From Okamejei kenojei (taxonomy: Eukaryota), in contig CM069174.1 in NCBI GenBank assembly GCA_035221665.1, forward strand, positions 8,866,001 through 8,930,000: 64,000 nucleotides of DNA, read 5' to 3'. Both the position numbers and the translations under genes were made by a program. Shown piece after piece: positions 10,649 through 24,695 of this stretch (within the stretch, counting starts at the first letter, position 1; every line of letters starts with the position of its first letter). Under the pieces are notes generated by a model that saw nothing but the letters and a program-made list of their open reading frames with translations, ran no database searches and was not told where the DNA came from.

Positions 10649-13600
10649 TTAGTAGACCTTCAGCCATGACAGTACAAAACTTACAGTAGTTTTTCTCCAG
10701 TACACAAATATATATAATTATTATAATACATGTACAAAGGCTCTGGAGCAGTTTTTAAAAGCAACATAATGCAATTCATATTGATCACAGGAGAAAAAAA
10801 GTCAAGACAATAATGGTCTGTTATCGTACTTACACACAAACGTATACGAATAAGTCCATCAAGAAAACTACTGTAAAGAGGGACAGTGGAGTATTGCACT
10901 TGGAATTCCGTACATTGTATAAAAACACAAGATTCACGCATTTTAAACACGCTATGGGTCAGCTTTTTTGAGGCAGCACATCGTTATTAAGATTACATTT
11001 TACTGTCCTCAGACCAATAAACAGTTTCAAACTAAACAAAATTTACACCTACAGGTTAAAAAACTGCTTGCAAAAATCAAATCAGCAAGGTACAACAAAT
11101 GCGATTATTTATAATTGATAGTCGATCCAGGAGTCAGTTTATCATTAATGTCATATTCACATTTTCCATGAGGTATATAATATGTGCATGTTATTTTTTT
11201 ATTTAAAAAAAAAATTGAAATTGAGGGACTGGGGCTTACCTCCATCTTTATCAGAAGTGGGCATTTTCTGAGAATTTCTCTAAATAGCCTAAGACATGCA
11301 GTTATACTCCACTTTAGCATGTATCTAGCTTACATACTCGAAGTGTATATAATGTTTTTCCCTCCAAACAACGGAGGCTTCTTCTTTAGGTTAGTGAAGT
11401 ATATTGTTAAGCAGTCCACACAAACACACAGCAAAATTAAAAGTAGAAAATAGTGGCAATATGCAGGTGAGTCGGCATCTAAAAAGATAAAGTTAGGTCC
11501 ATTGACCTGCATTTGTACCATTTGTGGTTTTCTTTAGGTTGCCAGCATTTCCACATTTTATTTTTTTTTCTATGCAAATTGTTGTGTACAACTAAAATGT
11601 CTCACATTCTCCTCACTGCAAATGAAAATGTCATAATTTGTTAAAATAAATAATTTCAACCACTGAAAGGAATATACTTCAAGGCAAGCCTCAAATCCTG
11701 TGCACCATACTCTAAAATTGACCAGTTTCTGAACACAAAAGCAGGGTGTAAAGAGGAATTTGCATTTTATATTAATTGTAGTATAAATTATAATGGTCTT
11801 TCACAGTGCCCCTAAATTGCCGAGTCTTCAATCCAGAAACACAACCTTGTAATCACCACACATTGCATCCTCGGTTGCCCTCAAGGATGAGACACAAAAA
11901 ACAGCATCCTTTGCCAATACTGTGCATGTTTAGAAGATTGGCACAAACAGACAAATTATGTGTATACGAATTTGCTTTAAAGTAATTCACCAGCTCAAAA
12001 GGTGAAAGACTACCATTAAATCACACTTGCATCATTCAGGTGAAAATGCTCTTTAATACTTGACTGTCCAGCAAGATGATGAGATTCATTTGAAGGTATC
12101 CTATCACTGAAATCAAGTGAGTAAACAACATTTATTCAGCTTTTCCATGCCCTCCATTTAGAGCTGTGAAACTCAAAATTGAGCACAGACAGAGCTAGCC
12201 GACTACCTCTATCCTAAACATGGAGGAAGACTGCGAATGGTGCAAAATACAAAACATATTTTTCCTTAATTTTCAACGATAGGAGCTGGTACACAAAAGG
12301 GTAACTTGGACAATTATTTTTTTATCAAGATCCTCAGAATAACAAGGAAGTCCAATGTTCTTGACCCTTGTATATGGAAAGCAAGCTCGTGGTTTGGGGA
12401 ACAATTGTGGAAATTATCACTTACTGTAATACTGCTTGGGTATTGGGGCATGTCCTGGCCAAAGGGTGCCTCTTAAATAAGTCAGGAAGGGAGTTCCCAG
12501 CCTTTGGGTTTAGTTCTCAATGTGAGAGAACTTGGTGGGCAATTTAGCGCAAGAGGGCGTACAAAAAGTTTATGCTGGGAAGTTCCACAAAATCCTAAGA
12601 GTTTTGATTGCAGGCCAAAGAAGTTAGTCATTAGTAATTTTTTTTCTGCTGTGTCAGGTTAACAAACCTCCACCATCAGGCGGAAGCCAGTGGCTGTTAC
12701 AGGTCTGAGAAACCTACAGCTGCTTGATCTTGAACATCCCAAGGTCTTGACATGTCCTGAAGCATTCCCAGGCCATTTACATGATCTGGGAAGGAAGTAT
12801 ATGCAAGTGCAAGGTGTGATGAATCCACTTTGCATGTATTTTGCACCCAGGCAGAGGGGAAGGAAAGAACTCCTAAACATTGTCAGTACATTTAAATTTA
12901 AACCTTTAGAAACTGTAAGATACCAGGATAAAGCTGACAAAGTACAATTGCTTGTGAAATTTTCTAACATTTCTTGGACTGTAATGCAAATTCTTTTAGT
13001 GCTAAACAGTTCTGCTGAAACCTGAAAAGGTCAGTCTTTGGACTGTAGCACACAGTGTACTGTTCTTCAATTCAAGATAAGTATACCTTGGAAGAGTCGA
13101 GCTTTCAGCGACAAATGGCTTAAAGAAGCAACATAGAATGTTTGGGGAAATTACAGTGGATAAATGCTTCAAAATTGTACACTTGTGATGCACCTTACTT
13201 CTCTCACATTAGGCAGCATGCTTGATGCTGAGTGCCGAACATACTCGCAATAGCCTCAGATGCACGGAGAAAATGAAAGGAGTTCTACCGAGAAGAGGCA
13301 CAAGGATTATATTCCACACAGCATTGCACTGCACTCATTCAGATAGCAACTTTAAAGGAATAGCAGTGATTGGAGGTTAAAATGTTCAAGTAAAGCAGAA
13401 AATCACTTACAAGTGTGCAGACATTTGAGACGCTACTAGGCACAGATAAAGCATGCATTACAAACCGATTGTTTTGTTTAAGTTGTTTTGGTACTTTTAT
13501 CTCTCCACACTCTGAAGATGAAGGATGTCAGCTGCGGAAATTCAACTTTAGCATCATTTGTACCAAATGCTAAAACTGAACTCTGCCAAGTGAGGTACAA

Positions 13601-13944
13601 AACAGCCAGATTCAGAGTTGAGCTGCCATTATGACACTTTGTCATAATGCATGAGCATTCCTTACCGCAACAGTGCGAGTGTTTCCATGGCATACGGTCT
13701 ACTGGAAATTTGAGCTGATTTTTTATGCTACAGATTTGGGTCCACTAACATTTGGTTTAAGACGAAACAAATACATTTCAAATAAAAGCCTTTTAGCTCG
13801 CTGAATACATAGTGGAAATGCATTGTGTGACATTAGCTTTACCTGAAATCTCATAACATTATTTTTAGGTCATCAAAAGTGTGGAGGACTAATAAGGAAA
13901 AGGCTAAAAAGGAAATCAAGTGCAGTTCCAGTTAACAGCCCATT

Positions 13945-14340
13945 TTGAGGGCATCCAGGTCAAAGCAACCCATTTGTTTGACATCCCAACCAGTAGCTTA
14001 AACATTCACTCGCTCCACTATGGCTGCAACGTGTACCATTTACACAATGCATTGCAGCAAATTACCAAGACTTCTTAACAAAACCTTCAATATTCACAAA
14101 CTTGACTGCGCAAAAAGGACAACAGTAGCAGGTGCATGAGAACTCCACCGTCTCGACTCCCAGCCAAATTTCACACCATCCCGACTTGGAAATGTGTCTC
14201 TGTACCTTAATCTTCAATGCTTTACATTCTAGAACCTACCTATCAAAAATCATTGTGAGAGTACCTCCACCAGAAGGACTTCAGCAGTTCAAGGTGATAG
14301 CTCACTAACATATTTTAGATTAGAGAATGGCTATTCTGCC
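13945..14340 (+). mobile_element. Old LINE (CR1/L2-group) 3' fragment
   Basis: Similar to 6050-6550. Confidence 0.55.
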
Positions 14341-15154
14341 TTGTTACATATTATTAAGATTTAATTAATTAAAAAAACCTTTCTGCTACATTTTATTTAT
14401 TTCTTTAAACTGACTTCCAATGCTAGCACTATTGCTGGAGCAGGTATATTAAGCTCGGAATACAGCTATTTTCCCAATGCCGTATTAAGCAGAGGGAAGA
14501 CCAGATTGTTCATCAGGAAATAAGCAAATGCTGCACTATCACCCTTCGTATTTCAATTAGCAAAAATGAAAAAAAAAAAACAAATCTTAAAGATACATCC
14601 CTTTGATCTACCATTCAGCCAGTGTTAGATTTTCACTTCCCTCAACATTTTCCTGTTTGTGAAATATTTTGGAAGTTTTTTTCATAGTAAAAGTACTATA
14701 TAAACATTTTATGAGTCACGAATCCAAAAGATTGTGTGAAATTCAGAGCAGCTATTAAGCCATGGCTAAAATTTAATTTTTCCTCCAAAATGAAATGGAA
14801 TTCTGAAAATGATTTATAAATGTTACAGGATTATTTATTTAAAAAGGAATTTCGAATAAAAGCATTTTTGGTGTTTTAAGTGAAAAATGACAAATTCTGA
14901 TAATAATCAACTGACTATAGAAGTGATCGATTATCAAGTTAAGTAATTCAGCGAAACAACCACTAATCACTGCACCAGCTTTAAATATTGACAAAGTGCT
15001 TTGGAAAGCTGATCGAAAATGATTCAAGTTGTTAGATCGCGAGTGCGTGACTTGCAGAAGCTTGATTATTTGAGAAATCAAACACTTTCTTGTATAAAAC
15101 GACATCCTTTATACAAAGACTAGTGCTCCAAGGAAACACAGATAGAACCACAGA

Positions 15155-15160
15155 TTTATT
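15155..15160 (-). terminator. Candidate proximal poly(A) signal of IKZF4
   Basis: Minus strand AAAAAATAAA followed by the GT-rich TCTGTGGTTCTATCTGTGTTTCC. Confidence 0.5.
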
Positions 15161-15237
15161 TTTTGTTTCACAATGTTTTATGACCTCCAATCAAACGAGA
15201 GCAAAATTAAAATTGGTGACAATTCATATTTACTGAA

Positions 15238-15257
15238 ACACACACACACGCACACAC
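15238..15257. repeat. (CA)n microsatellite, imperfect
   Basis: ACACACACACACGCACACAC read directly. Confidence 0.9.
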
Positions 15258-16189
15258 GTAACAGCGGACGTTATTTGCGTTTCCTGTCCGGTTAACATAG
15301 GGTTACAGTCACAGTATACAGTGTCCCTATTTTGCCCTTCTCCTAAACTAAATACAGACATACAGTCAGTAGGTTGACAAACAAGGCGCTAAACAAAAGG
15401 AATAAGTTCATTTAAAATGCTACAAATGAAAAGGTTTGGGGTACTGCACGGTAAATGGATGCCTTTTTTTGTTTTGCAATCAAGGCTTGATGATCACACT
15501 ATTGACTGGACCCAATAGTAGAAATATTCAACGTAAAATTAAAGTTTTTAGCTTTTGAATCCAAAGAGCGAGGATAAAATGCAGAAATCCTTAGAACGCG
15601 CTAGGCAAAAGTCACCTTATGGGAGCTATTTATTTTAGAGGAACTCTACCTCCAAATGGTTAGCCAACTTTACAGAACAGTGTCTGCTTTATTCAATTAT
15701 TTAAGCAGAATGCAGTTGTCACTGGGTGACAGTAATAAGATGGGGTCCCTGGTCTTCAATCACTAATTTATAAAATAGTTTTCTGTCAGGTATAAATTAC
15801 TTTTTGGAAGTGCTAGATCTTGGCAAAATAAAAATACCAACTTCATTACTTTTAGTTCAGCTCACACTTCAGGGTTTTGTCCATCTACAGCGACATCTAC
15901 AAGTGATTTTCAATGACTCTTACCGTCTATACTCTTTTGATATACCCTTTATACACTGCTTGGTTTTTTTTCTTCCAATTTTATGTCATTTGAGTTTCCT
16001 TAGGAGGTTCCTACACCCATTCCAACTTACAATTCCAAAATTTCAAATTTATTTTCAACAAAATGAAATTGAGGAAGTGATTCTAGATACAAACTCGGCC
16101 TTCAGGCTCTTCTGCATGCATTAAGATTCATAATTTGATCCAATTTACGCACAGGTCCAAGGCTAAAGAATACAGTAATCAAAAAACGT

Positions 16190-16405
16190 AAGACGCACAT
16201 GCTGGAAATCTGAGATATAAACAAAACAAAGAATGGTGGAGATGCTTTACAGGTCTGGCAACACATGTTGAGGGAGGAACAGGGTTAGTATTTTAGGTTG
16301 ACCACGTTTCATCAAAATTAAATTATGATAAAATAGTTCTAATGAAAGAAATCAACCTGTTCCTCTCTCCACTAGTGTTGCCAGACCTGCTGTGTATATC
16401 CAGTG
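16190..16405. mobile_element. Degenerate fold-back PLE-derived element
   Basis: GCTGGAAATCTGAG...CAGGTCTGGCAACAC at the left, with the inverted GTGTTGCCAGACCTG at 16375-16389. Confidence 0.55.
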
Positions 16406-18911
16406 GTAGGTGGGATTCAACAGGTTGAACCACAATCCTCTCTCCCCGGTGTAAATTTAAAAATCAGGGCACGTTTCTGCAATTTTCATTTATCAGTGAT
16501 CGATATTTGTCCTCTTTGCTCAACTGGGCTGTTCTTTAAGATTATATACAGGTTCAATGCAGCAAGGCGCTAAATAATGTACACTGTATCAATTTATGGA
16601 TCAAACACTGATAACAATGAAGGGAAAAGTTTTAAATTCCAAAAAGATTCTTTTTGCAGCAATTGGAAAATCTTGCTCCCCAGAGTATTGACTAATTTAC
16701 AAAATGACCAGCAAACTATGGTAGTTGTTAAATATGGGGTTCAATTCCAGTTGCAGTAGCAACAATCACAAGGCAGTTATACACTGGGTGTTGATCTGTG
16801 GCTTTATTTATATCATTTATCAATAAAAAAACAATTATTTCCTCTTTTCTCCCCATCCCACGATTTATTTTTGCCCTATTCCAACCTTAAAGTTCACTTT
16901 TTCCACCCCTTAAACCCACAGCCTGGTTGTTCTTGCCAGAAGAGGGTCAGAAACTGCATTCACGTTTAGGGTTTGATGTGTAGATGAATAGCAGAAGCAC
17001 CACTTTTGTATCAGAACAGTATCATTCTCAAATCCTTGTCTCCCTTGAGGCTGCACACAGATAGAGAGCGGGCCGAGAAGAGTTAATGGAAAAATAAACT
17101 ATAAAAAGTGTGCACCAAGCAATCTAATATAATCACTTACATCATTGATAATGACCTGAGGTTTAAAAACCCCTCAACTACTACACAAGAGTAAGGGACT
17201 ACAATACCTGAGGAATTTCAAACTGTATTTTTGGTGCCTTGCTCAGCATAATATACAATGCTCTTTGGAAAGGTTAGGGATGAATAATGGTTCGGGAAGG
17301 AATTGCTGTAACACATAATAAATAGTCGTGTGCATTACCTTCCGGCAGTCAGGTACCAAAGTATCTCGGCACCTGCCACATAGTATAGTTTTTCCAAATT
17401 ACCGTTGGATCTGAAAATTTCAACTTTCCTACATTTAAAAGGATCAGATTAAATCAGACTTTGAAAACAAATACACTATAACATGACATAAACTCTACAT
17501 ATAATACAAAGCTTTAACACAGAAGGTGGAACCTAAAGTGATGACCTTGCTGAGTTCACACAGTAGAGATTAACAATACACTCTTCATTCTGTCATCTGA
17601 GCAGATATTATTGTCTTATAATTCACTCCCGAGTACCCATCACTCTACAATACATTAAAGGTCACAACACATCAAATGGCCTCTTTGAAGGCTGGAAAGG
17701 GGGGGGGGGGGGGTGGAAGGTGGAATCTATAGTGCTAAAAAGAACATGGCCAGGAAAAGAACTAAGATCACCGACAAAAGTCAGTGCAAAAATTATTTGC
17801 AAACTAAATCGGCAATAGTTGAGTGACTCGAACATCATACTATCCACCTGAAACTAGTTTGGACTGCAAGGGTTGGCTTCATATCAGTTGATCTACAGCA
17901 AGCCCCTGGTAATTTTAAAGTATAATATTTTTCACTCGAAAGACAATTACCCAAATTATTAATACTTTAAAATAACTGACTGCCAAGCTCACTTCTCAGT
18001 CTTGATTCTTACCCATGCCAGGACTTTCTCAGGCTGATCAGAGACATTTTAAGTACATTACAAACTTCCAAGATTTCTGATGCACAAATTCAACTGGGAT
18101 ATCCATGAAGTTGGACTCCTTAGCAGTGGGAATAGGCATAGGAAGAAACAAAAACCAAGAATAATAACAAAGCAATGTATTTCTGTGCATCAATGAAGGC
18201 CACAAATGTCCCAAAGATACCTTGCAATCTGGATGACATAGCTTTTCACAACTTGAAAGCACATTAATTATTTTATTGGATTGTTGTTTTTCCAAGAGCA
18301 TCAATACAAAATTCTCAACAGCAGAATAAACCTCATAGGCAGACAGAAAAGTTAAATATAGAAGTGGCTTGCCAAAATCAAAACGCCACATCTACCAAAA
18401 AGAATCTTGATGTTAAACATACATATTTTAAATAAGGAAAGACAGAGATTGAAATCTCCTTGTGCAAAATTCAGTGTTTCATTCCATTGAGGGTCTTAAC
18501 ATTGCAGACCGAAGTGCTTCATCAAACCAACAGCCCAATTAATGCCCAAATCTTGTGTTAATAAGTAGTTTTTCTTTAAAGATTCATTAAAAACAAACTT
18601 CATGACTATGGGGGTGGGGGGAGAGGAGCTTGGTTGTCTCTGATCATCTCCTTCAAATTTTGCAAAGCTGGATAAAACTCATGGCTTTACATTCATGCTT
18701 TTGCAAATGAACTCAAAAAGCCCTTGCATATATTCACCACAGTCCAAATCCATGTATGTGCAGCAACATACAAGTCACTCATGAACTCAATACATGCACT
18801 CATCAAATAAGCTCACTTTCCAGAGATCCTCCACGATCTTCAAATTATCTCCAAAATCAAAAAACCAATTGAGATTTTTATCCCCATTTTTTCGAGGGTA
18901 GCTTTAAAAAA

Positions 18912-19187
18912 AGACAGCATGGAAACAGGCCCTTCCGCCCACTGAGTTTACGCTGACCATCAATCACCCATTCGCAATAGTTCTATGTTGTCTCACTTGC
19001 TCATCCACTCCCTACATACTGGGGGACAATTTACAGAGGGCCAATTAACCAACAAATGTCTTTGAGATGTGGGAGGAAACTGGAGCACTCAGAGGAATCA
19101 CAGGGAGAACTTGCAAATTGCAAACAGTCAAGATTGAACCTGGGTCTCTGGCATTGTGAGACAGCAGCTCCACCACTGTGCTGCCCA
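18912..19187 (-). mobile_element. tRNA-derived HE1-like SINE
   Basis: GGAAACAGGCCCTTC tail, GTGGGAGGAAACTGGAGCAC core, and GATTGAACCTGGGTCTCTGGC...GCAGC (reverse B/A-box region). Confidence 0.8.
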
Positions 19188-22100
19188 GGATTTGAATTAC
19201 AAGATTCCTTGATGTGTATTCAGATGTGCAAGACAGTACAAAATGATTTAGAAAACAGGGAAAAAGCCTGCTGAAAGGTCACAGCAGTTACTTACAAGGT
19301 CAAAAAGACGAGGTCATTTTCACTGAAGATGAAGCTTTGCTGAAAAGAGCAGATTATCTTCACTAAAGCCAAGATTTATCACAGTGTTGAAGCAATGGTT
19401 CTGGGAAACACTTTGTTCATAATGGTTTGCGCAACTCTGAACACTTTCAATATAGAAACAAAAATGGTACTGCAAGGCACTGTCTCGCAATCGGAAATCT
19501 TTTTTGTTGGAAACACATATTCAACCAGGTCCCTTTAATTAAAGAATAATAGAATTGCATCTGCTTATCTCTGGTGTAGACAGCCATATCAGTGTGACTA
19601 GGTGGGGTTAACTAGATCAATGAGTTATGATCCATAGTCCCACGTAGGGTTGCAAAATACACTAAGATTACAAATACAAAACATATTACAATGCTCTATA
19701 ATTAAAGGCACAAAGGATATTTGTTTCGGGTTAAGATCATTTTGAAAGTGCTTCAAGATTACAATGAGATAAATTAAAAATAGTCACACATGAAAAATGG
19801 GTTTCTTTCACATCATAGATGGCAGCTACAGGGAGCCACTTTACTGGATAACTGACATTGGGTGACGACCGCCGATTCTTAGGGGGAAAAATGCGAAATG
19901 CAATCTAGCCCAAATGTACATCACCTGATGCGGACACTTACTGGACTGCTGGTTTGATGCAGGATTTCCACCTTTACGCCACAATATACAATCATTTTGG
20001 AAAGAATGCTCAAGTCAGCCTCGACAATGCGTCCAGATTCCAAACATTCAAATATGTTGATTCTGAGAGTAGACGTGGCCTTTTTGTAAATGCTTGACCA
20101 TTCTTGCCTTTTGCAGTAGGATTGCAAGTTTAGCGCAACACTTAATTTGCAAAACAACAGTATCATTAAGCGACAAGAGCAAGCACAAAAAAAAAGGCGC
20201 ATAAAAAGCCTGTGGGAAAGATGAACTTAGTCTTAAGCACAAACATCTCCTACATTGAACCATCATCCACCAGCACTGGCTGGGATTTCCTGCAGTTCAA
20301 AGCAACCTGCTGTCTTCATTTCCACAAGCAGCAACTTGTTCTGATTTTTTTATCTTATTAACAATTTAAAGCTTGCTCCCTTTGCGTCTAACTGAACTGA
20401 TACAGAACAATACATTTCATTTCCCTGGTTTCTGTCCCAACAGCTTAGAGGGCGGCAGCGGTAGAGGGACGCAAGCTCTCCCTTGCTAATTTGCAGCCAG
20501 ACCCATTCCTTCAGAGACCAGAAACCCAAGACTGTATCAGAGCTCAGGGGTACATATTTCTACTAATGCAGCAGGGCTCCTTAAAGTAGATTTTAAATAA
20601 ATGTAATTTGCACAGATTAAAGTCTTAAATCTTAATTAAAAAAGGTGTGTTTGAAATAACTGGAACGAGAAGAAAATGAACTGTGACTTTGGCTCTGCAT
20701 AAGAAAAAGGAAGCTAACAAGCTGCCCGAACAGTGTGCAACATATGTGTGCATTAGAAACTAATGTGCAAAGATAATTTAAATAAAATCAGAAAATAATT
20801 CTAGAAGTGTCAGTTCAAAAGAAATTAAATAACTGAAAATCTTAAAAAAACTTAGGGTTGGACAAAAAAAAAAAATCTACAAACCATGAAGCCCCTCTCC
20901 TCCTCAAAAAATATAATCTAGACTTTGCACTGCTGTCTTGCAAACTGAAGATGTCACTGGGTTTCCTACTTTACAAAAACCTATTAACTCCATAAAACCA
21001 TCCTGAATAAACTCTTGCATTCCATAATGGCTGTGCCCCTTCATCCAACATCCTTTACTAAAGACAAACAGAATAGTCTCCTCCCAGTTCTCTTCATATT
21101 TTACCCTCCCCTCAAAGCCCAGCACCAAAAATTATTTCCTGCATCTCACTACAGTGGAGCAGCTGACAATATCCAACTCCCATCAGAGGTCATATCCAGT
21201 CAGTAGACTGAGAATTAGTTATTATTCACCATTAAAGTGGCCAATATGCATGAGCCTGGGACGAACCTACAACCACAGGAGTGTGAAGTTTTTATGCTAA
21301 CAGAATTTTTAAATTATAAATATGAATGCAGACACTATTTAAAAGTCAACATCTGGAAAAGTCCTTTTAATAGATAAGAACACATTAATTGCTTAAAATA
21401 TATTAACCTTCTGCCTGTAAACCTCATTTGGTCCAAAGTAAAAGTATTTATTATATGATTAAAGTTTTTAAAACTGCATATTCCTAGATTAACACCCAGA
21501 CTTCATCACAGCTTTTAGGACAAATGCTGCTCCAGTGTTGGTGAGCATGAACACAGATGGCTGGCTACCTCTCCCCACAGAGTAAGAAGCACTGCAGTGT
21601 TTCAGCCAAAAAAAAAACCTAAAGAAACTCGACATGCATGTGATAGTTAATGGATTGGAATACTGATTTTGGAGAAGGTTTGAACTTCAGAAAGTATACA
21701 CAGAAACTGTACTGTCGGGCCAAAAGTCAACATTTTATGCAAACGGGGCACTGTTTTCAAGCACAGAAAGTACTGAACAACAGACACCATGCACCAGTGA
21801 GACCGAGCATTTCTATTTGTGTACACTTTCTAAGTGGTTGGTGACCATGTGACATCTTCAAACAGCTTGGTGAGGGGAAGGGGAATAAGAAAGTCACCAT
21901 TAGCCACCAATTCAAAGCCTCTCATCAGCCAATGTTGCGTCATGGTAGTTATTAGATCCAACAGCTAGAACGAGGTAGTTTGGATTGCTTATGACACTAA
22001 TTTCATAAATTGTCTGCGTTCACCACAATAGTTCCTCAAATCCCATTTTCACGCCCACTGACGCCCCTGGCTTAATTACCCTACTTATTGCCAGGGTAGT

Positions 22101-23225
22101 CAGTGGCTCAGCATACAGGCTGGTCATTTGACACAGAACTAGATGGTGCATTGGTTCAACCCAGAATTTGCCAAACTCAACCAGACCTTCAGTAGGCAAG
22201 TACATGTGAACCATTGACAGGATATGAATTTGTAACCACAGTGACAAAGGAGGCACATTCACTACCACATTATTGGGCATCTTCAAACTGAAGCAGTTAA
22301 AATCTTCCGTCATTTTAAATTTCTTCCGTTATTCTTGCCAATAAATTACCACTGAGCCTGCGCTCACCCCTCCCTCCCCAAAAATGCTTTCACAGAATCT
22401 GGCTGGACACCCTAATTGTGCAACTGATAGCCAAGTCACAATGGTCTGGGATTAATCCACAGTTTTTCAACTAGTTTTAAGAAAACAATTACAGGCATCA
22501 TCTATTTCATCATAAAAAAAAGGTCAAAATGCCAAGATGTTTAGATAGTTCAACTAACCTCATCAATGAATAAAAAAGATGGGCATTTATAAAACATCAA
22601 ACTTCAAAGACAAATTCCACAAAGGCATAAACATAGGTAGTTCTCTTTGATGCATGTCATTTGGATAAATTACTGCTACTTATCTAGGTTAAGAATTCAT
22701 ACGACACTAAAAGGGTCAGTAGTTTCCACTGGATGATTCTCTTCTAAAGTTACACAAGGTCTTTAGGATTAAAGAACAGTTGAACACTTAATTATCTAGA
22801 AGGATAAAATAGAGTTGAAGTCCATTAATTAGGGAGCTTTGATAGGAATTAAAGCCTCATTTTGAATTCATCCCTATTACATTTAATCCACCTATACTGC
22901 CTTATATACATTACAGATAAATCAGTGCTTGGAAAAAAAATGTACCATGTCATTAACTGTAAAATTGGGCCCCCAGAAATATGGATTTTTCCTCCTCTGA
23001 AATTCAACTAAATAGGATTTAAGTAAGCATATTTTTGTTAAAGATGCAACCAAAAAAATCCAGAAGGAGTACACTTAGTTTTATTTGGAGCCGAATTTAA
23101 CCCTCGTTTATTCTGTAGATTAATCCCTGAAAACAATGATCTTGTCCAACCCTGGTAAGAACACCTCCTTCTTTAGATGAAGTCAGTGCAAGGGGAGTAG
23201 AAAAGTGTAGTCCATGTGGCCCTCT

Positions 23226-23950
23226 CTAACTCACTTTATGCTCTCCTCGGACAATGTGTGAGGAGAATTCGTACCGATCTTGGCTGTGGTGGCCACAGAT
23301 GTTGCACTCAAAAGGGTCTCTGAATCCATGGCAACCCATGTGTATGGTAAACATTACATGGTCAAGAAAGAGAACCCGGCAGTGGTTACAATTATAAGCC
23401 TTAACTTGTTCTCCATCTTCATTTAAGACTCTAAGGACCTCTTTGGCTGAGCTTTGAGCTGCTTTGGCAGATGATGGAGGCTCCTGTGCCTTTGGGTCCT
23501 CTTTGGAATAGGCCGGGCTTTGCCTTGTGACATAATTACTAGGAAAAGCATGGGCATTCCTGTCTTCATGGCTGCTTTCTGTATCTGTGGAATCATGACA
23601 ACCATTGCTTGGAGACACTCCAAGCTCAACCAGTTGATTTTTTGCTCTAGAATTCATATTTTCTGGCACGTCTTCATGACCTTCTGCTGCCTCTCGGCCT
23701 CCCTGTGCCTCAGCTCGGCTGTGGATCGGATGTACGTGGGAGTAGACAGCACTGATCACAGGCGTGATCTCCGGCAAACAACTGGTTATGGGCAGCCTTG
23801 GAGGCCTCATTGCTTCTGTTCCTAGATAGGACAGTGCACTGCCCAAATTCTGGTCCATGGGATGAGGAGCCATCATCTCTACATCCTTCTCAAAATTGGA
23901 GTTCATCTCAAAGTGAACATCGGATAGGTTGAGGCGTATGTGTTTATCAC
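23226..23950 (-). CDS. IKZF4: IKZF4 (Eos) last coding exon with C-terminal dimerisation zinc fingers
   Basis: Acceptor TTTTCAG|GT GAT AAA. Encodes GDKHIRLNLSDVHFEMNSNFEKDVE...SPSNGCHDSTDTESSHED...SPAYSKEDPK...CNHCRVLFLDHVMFTIHMGCHGFRDPFECNICGHHSQDRYEFSSHIVRGEHKVS*. The segments EKDVE, SPAYxKEDPK, KEVLRV and GEHKV are Eos-type. Confidence 0.95.
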
Positions 23951-24097
23951 CTGAAAAGAAAGGATTAGGGTTTAAAATCAGAAAGCACAGAAAAATATAT
24001 CAGCCAGGCAATCAAAGGGTAAACTTAATTTACAATTTCGCCCTCCAACCCACCAATTCTGTTGGATCCATTTGGTTTTAAATAAAATGCTACAGTT

Positions 24098-24280
24098 CAG
24101 GCAACAGTGGTAGGCTGCTGCTCCAGCAATCCAGGTTCAATTCGGACAATAGGCTTTTTTTTTTAATTTAAAAAAAAAAATTGAGTTTGTATATTGCTCC
24201 CATTACTGGGTTTCCTCTCATCCCAAAGATACTCTGATGGGTTATTTAGCCACGGTAAAATTATCCCTTAGTATAGATAA
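24098..24280 (+). mobile_element. HE1-like SINE, degenerate
   Basis: GGCAACAGTGGTAGGCTGCTGC...CCAGGTTCAATTC...GAGTTTGTATATT...GGGTTTCCTC...CATCCCAAAGAT. Confidence 0.6.
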
Positions 24281-24601
24281 GTGGCAATAGGACTAAAATG
24301 CAGGCAAATGAGAATGAATTGGAGGGTACAAAGGACTGGGACTAATGAGCAGCTCTGCTGGAGGCAGACATTGTGTTATTTTAGCACTTCATTGTGACTT
24401 GCAGCATCTGTAGTTCTTTGCTTTTCAATAACTGAAACTACCCGTTTCCAAATACAATTAAATTAATCAATGCAATAGTTGAAATGATTTCAACAATGTC
24501 CCAATATTCATTCAGAAATATAAATGGCCTTCAAGTCCAAATGGTCTAGTCATTAAATTGATCATGTCTAAATTCAGGAGCAAGAATGACTAAATTCTTG
24601 T

Positions 24602-24695
24602 CTGAAGAAGGGTCTCGACACGAAACGTTACCCATTCCTCCTCTCCAGAGATGCTGCCTGTCCCACTGAGTTACTCCAGCATTTTGTGTCTACCT
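24602..24695 (+). mobile_element. 94-bp PLE-derived element with hammerhead core and 16-bp TSD
   Basis: TSD ATGACTAAATTCTTGT at 24586-24601 and 24696-24711. Insert begins CTGAAGAAGGGTCTCGACACGAAACGTTA. Confidence 0.9.
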
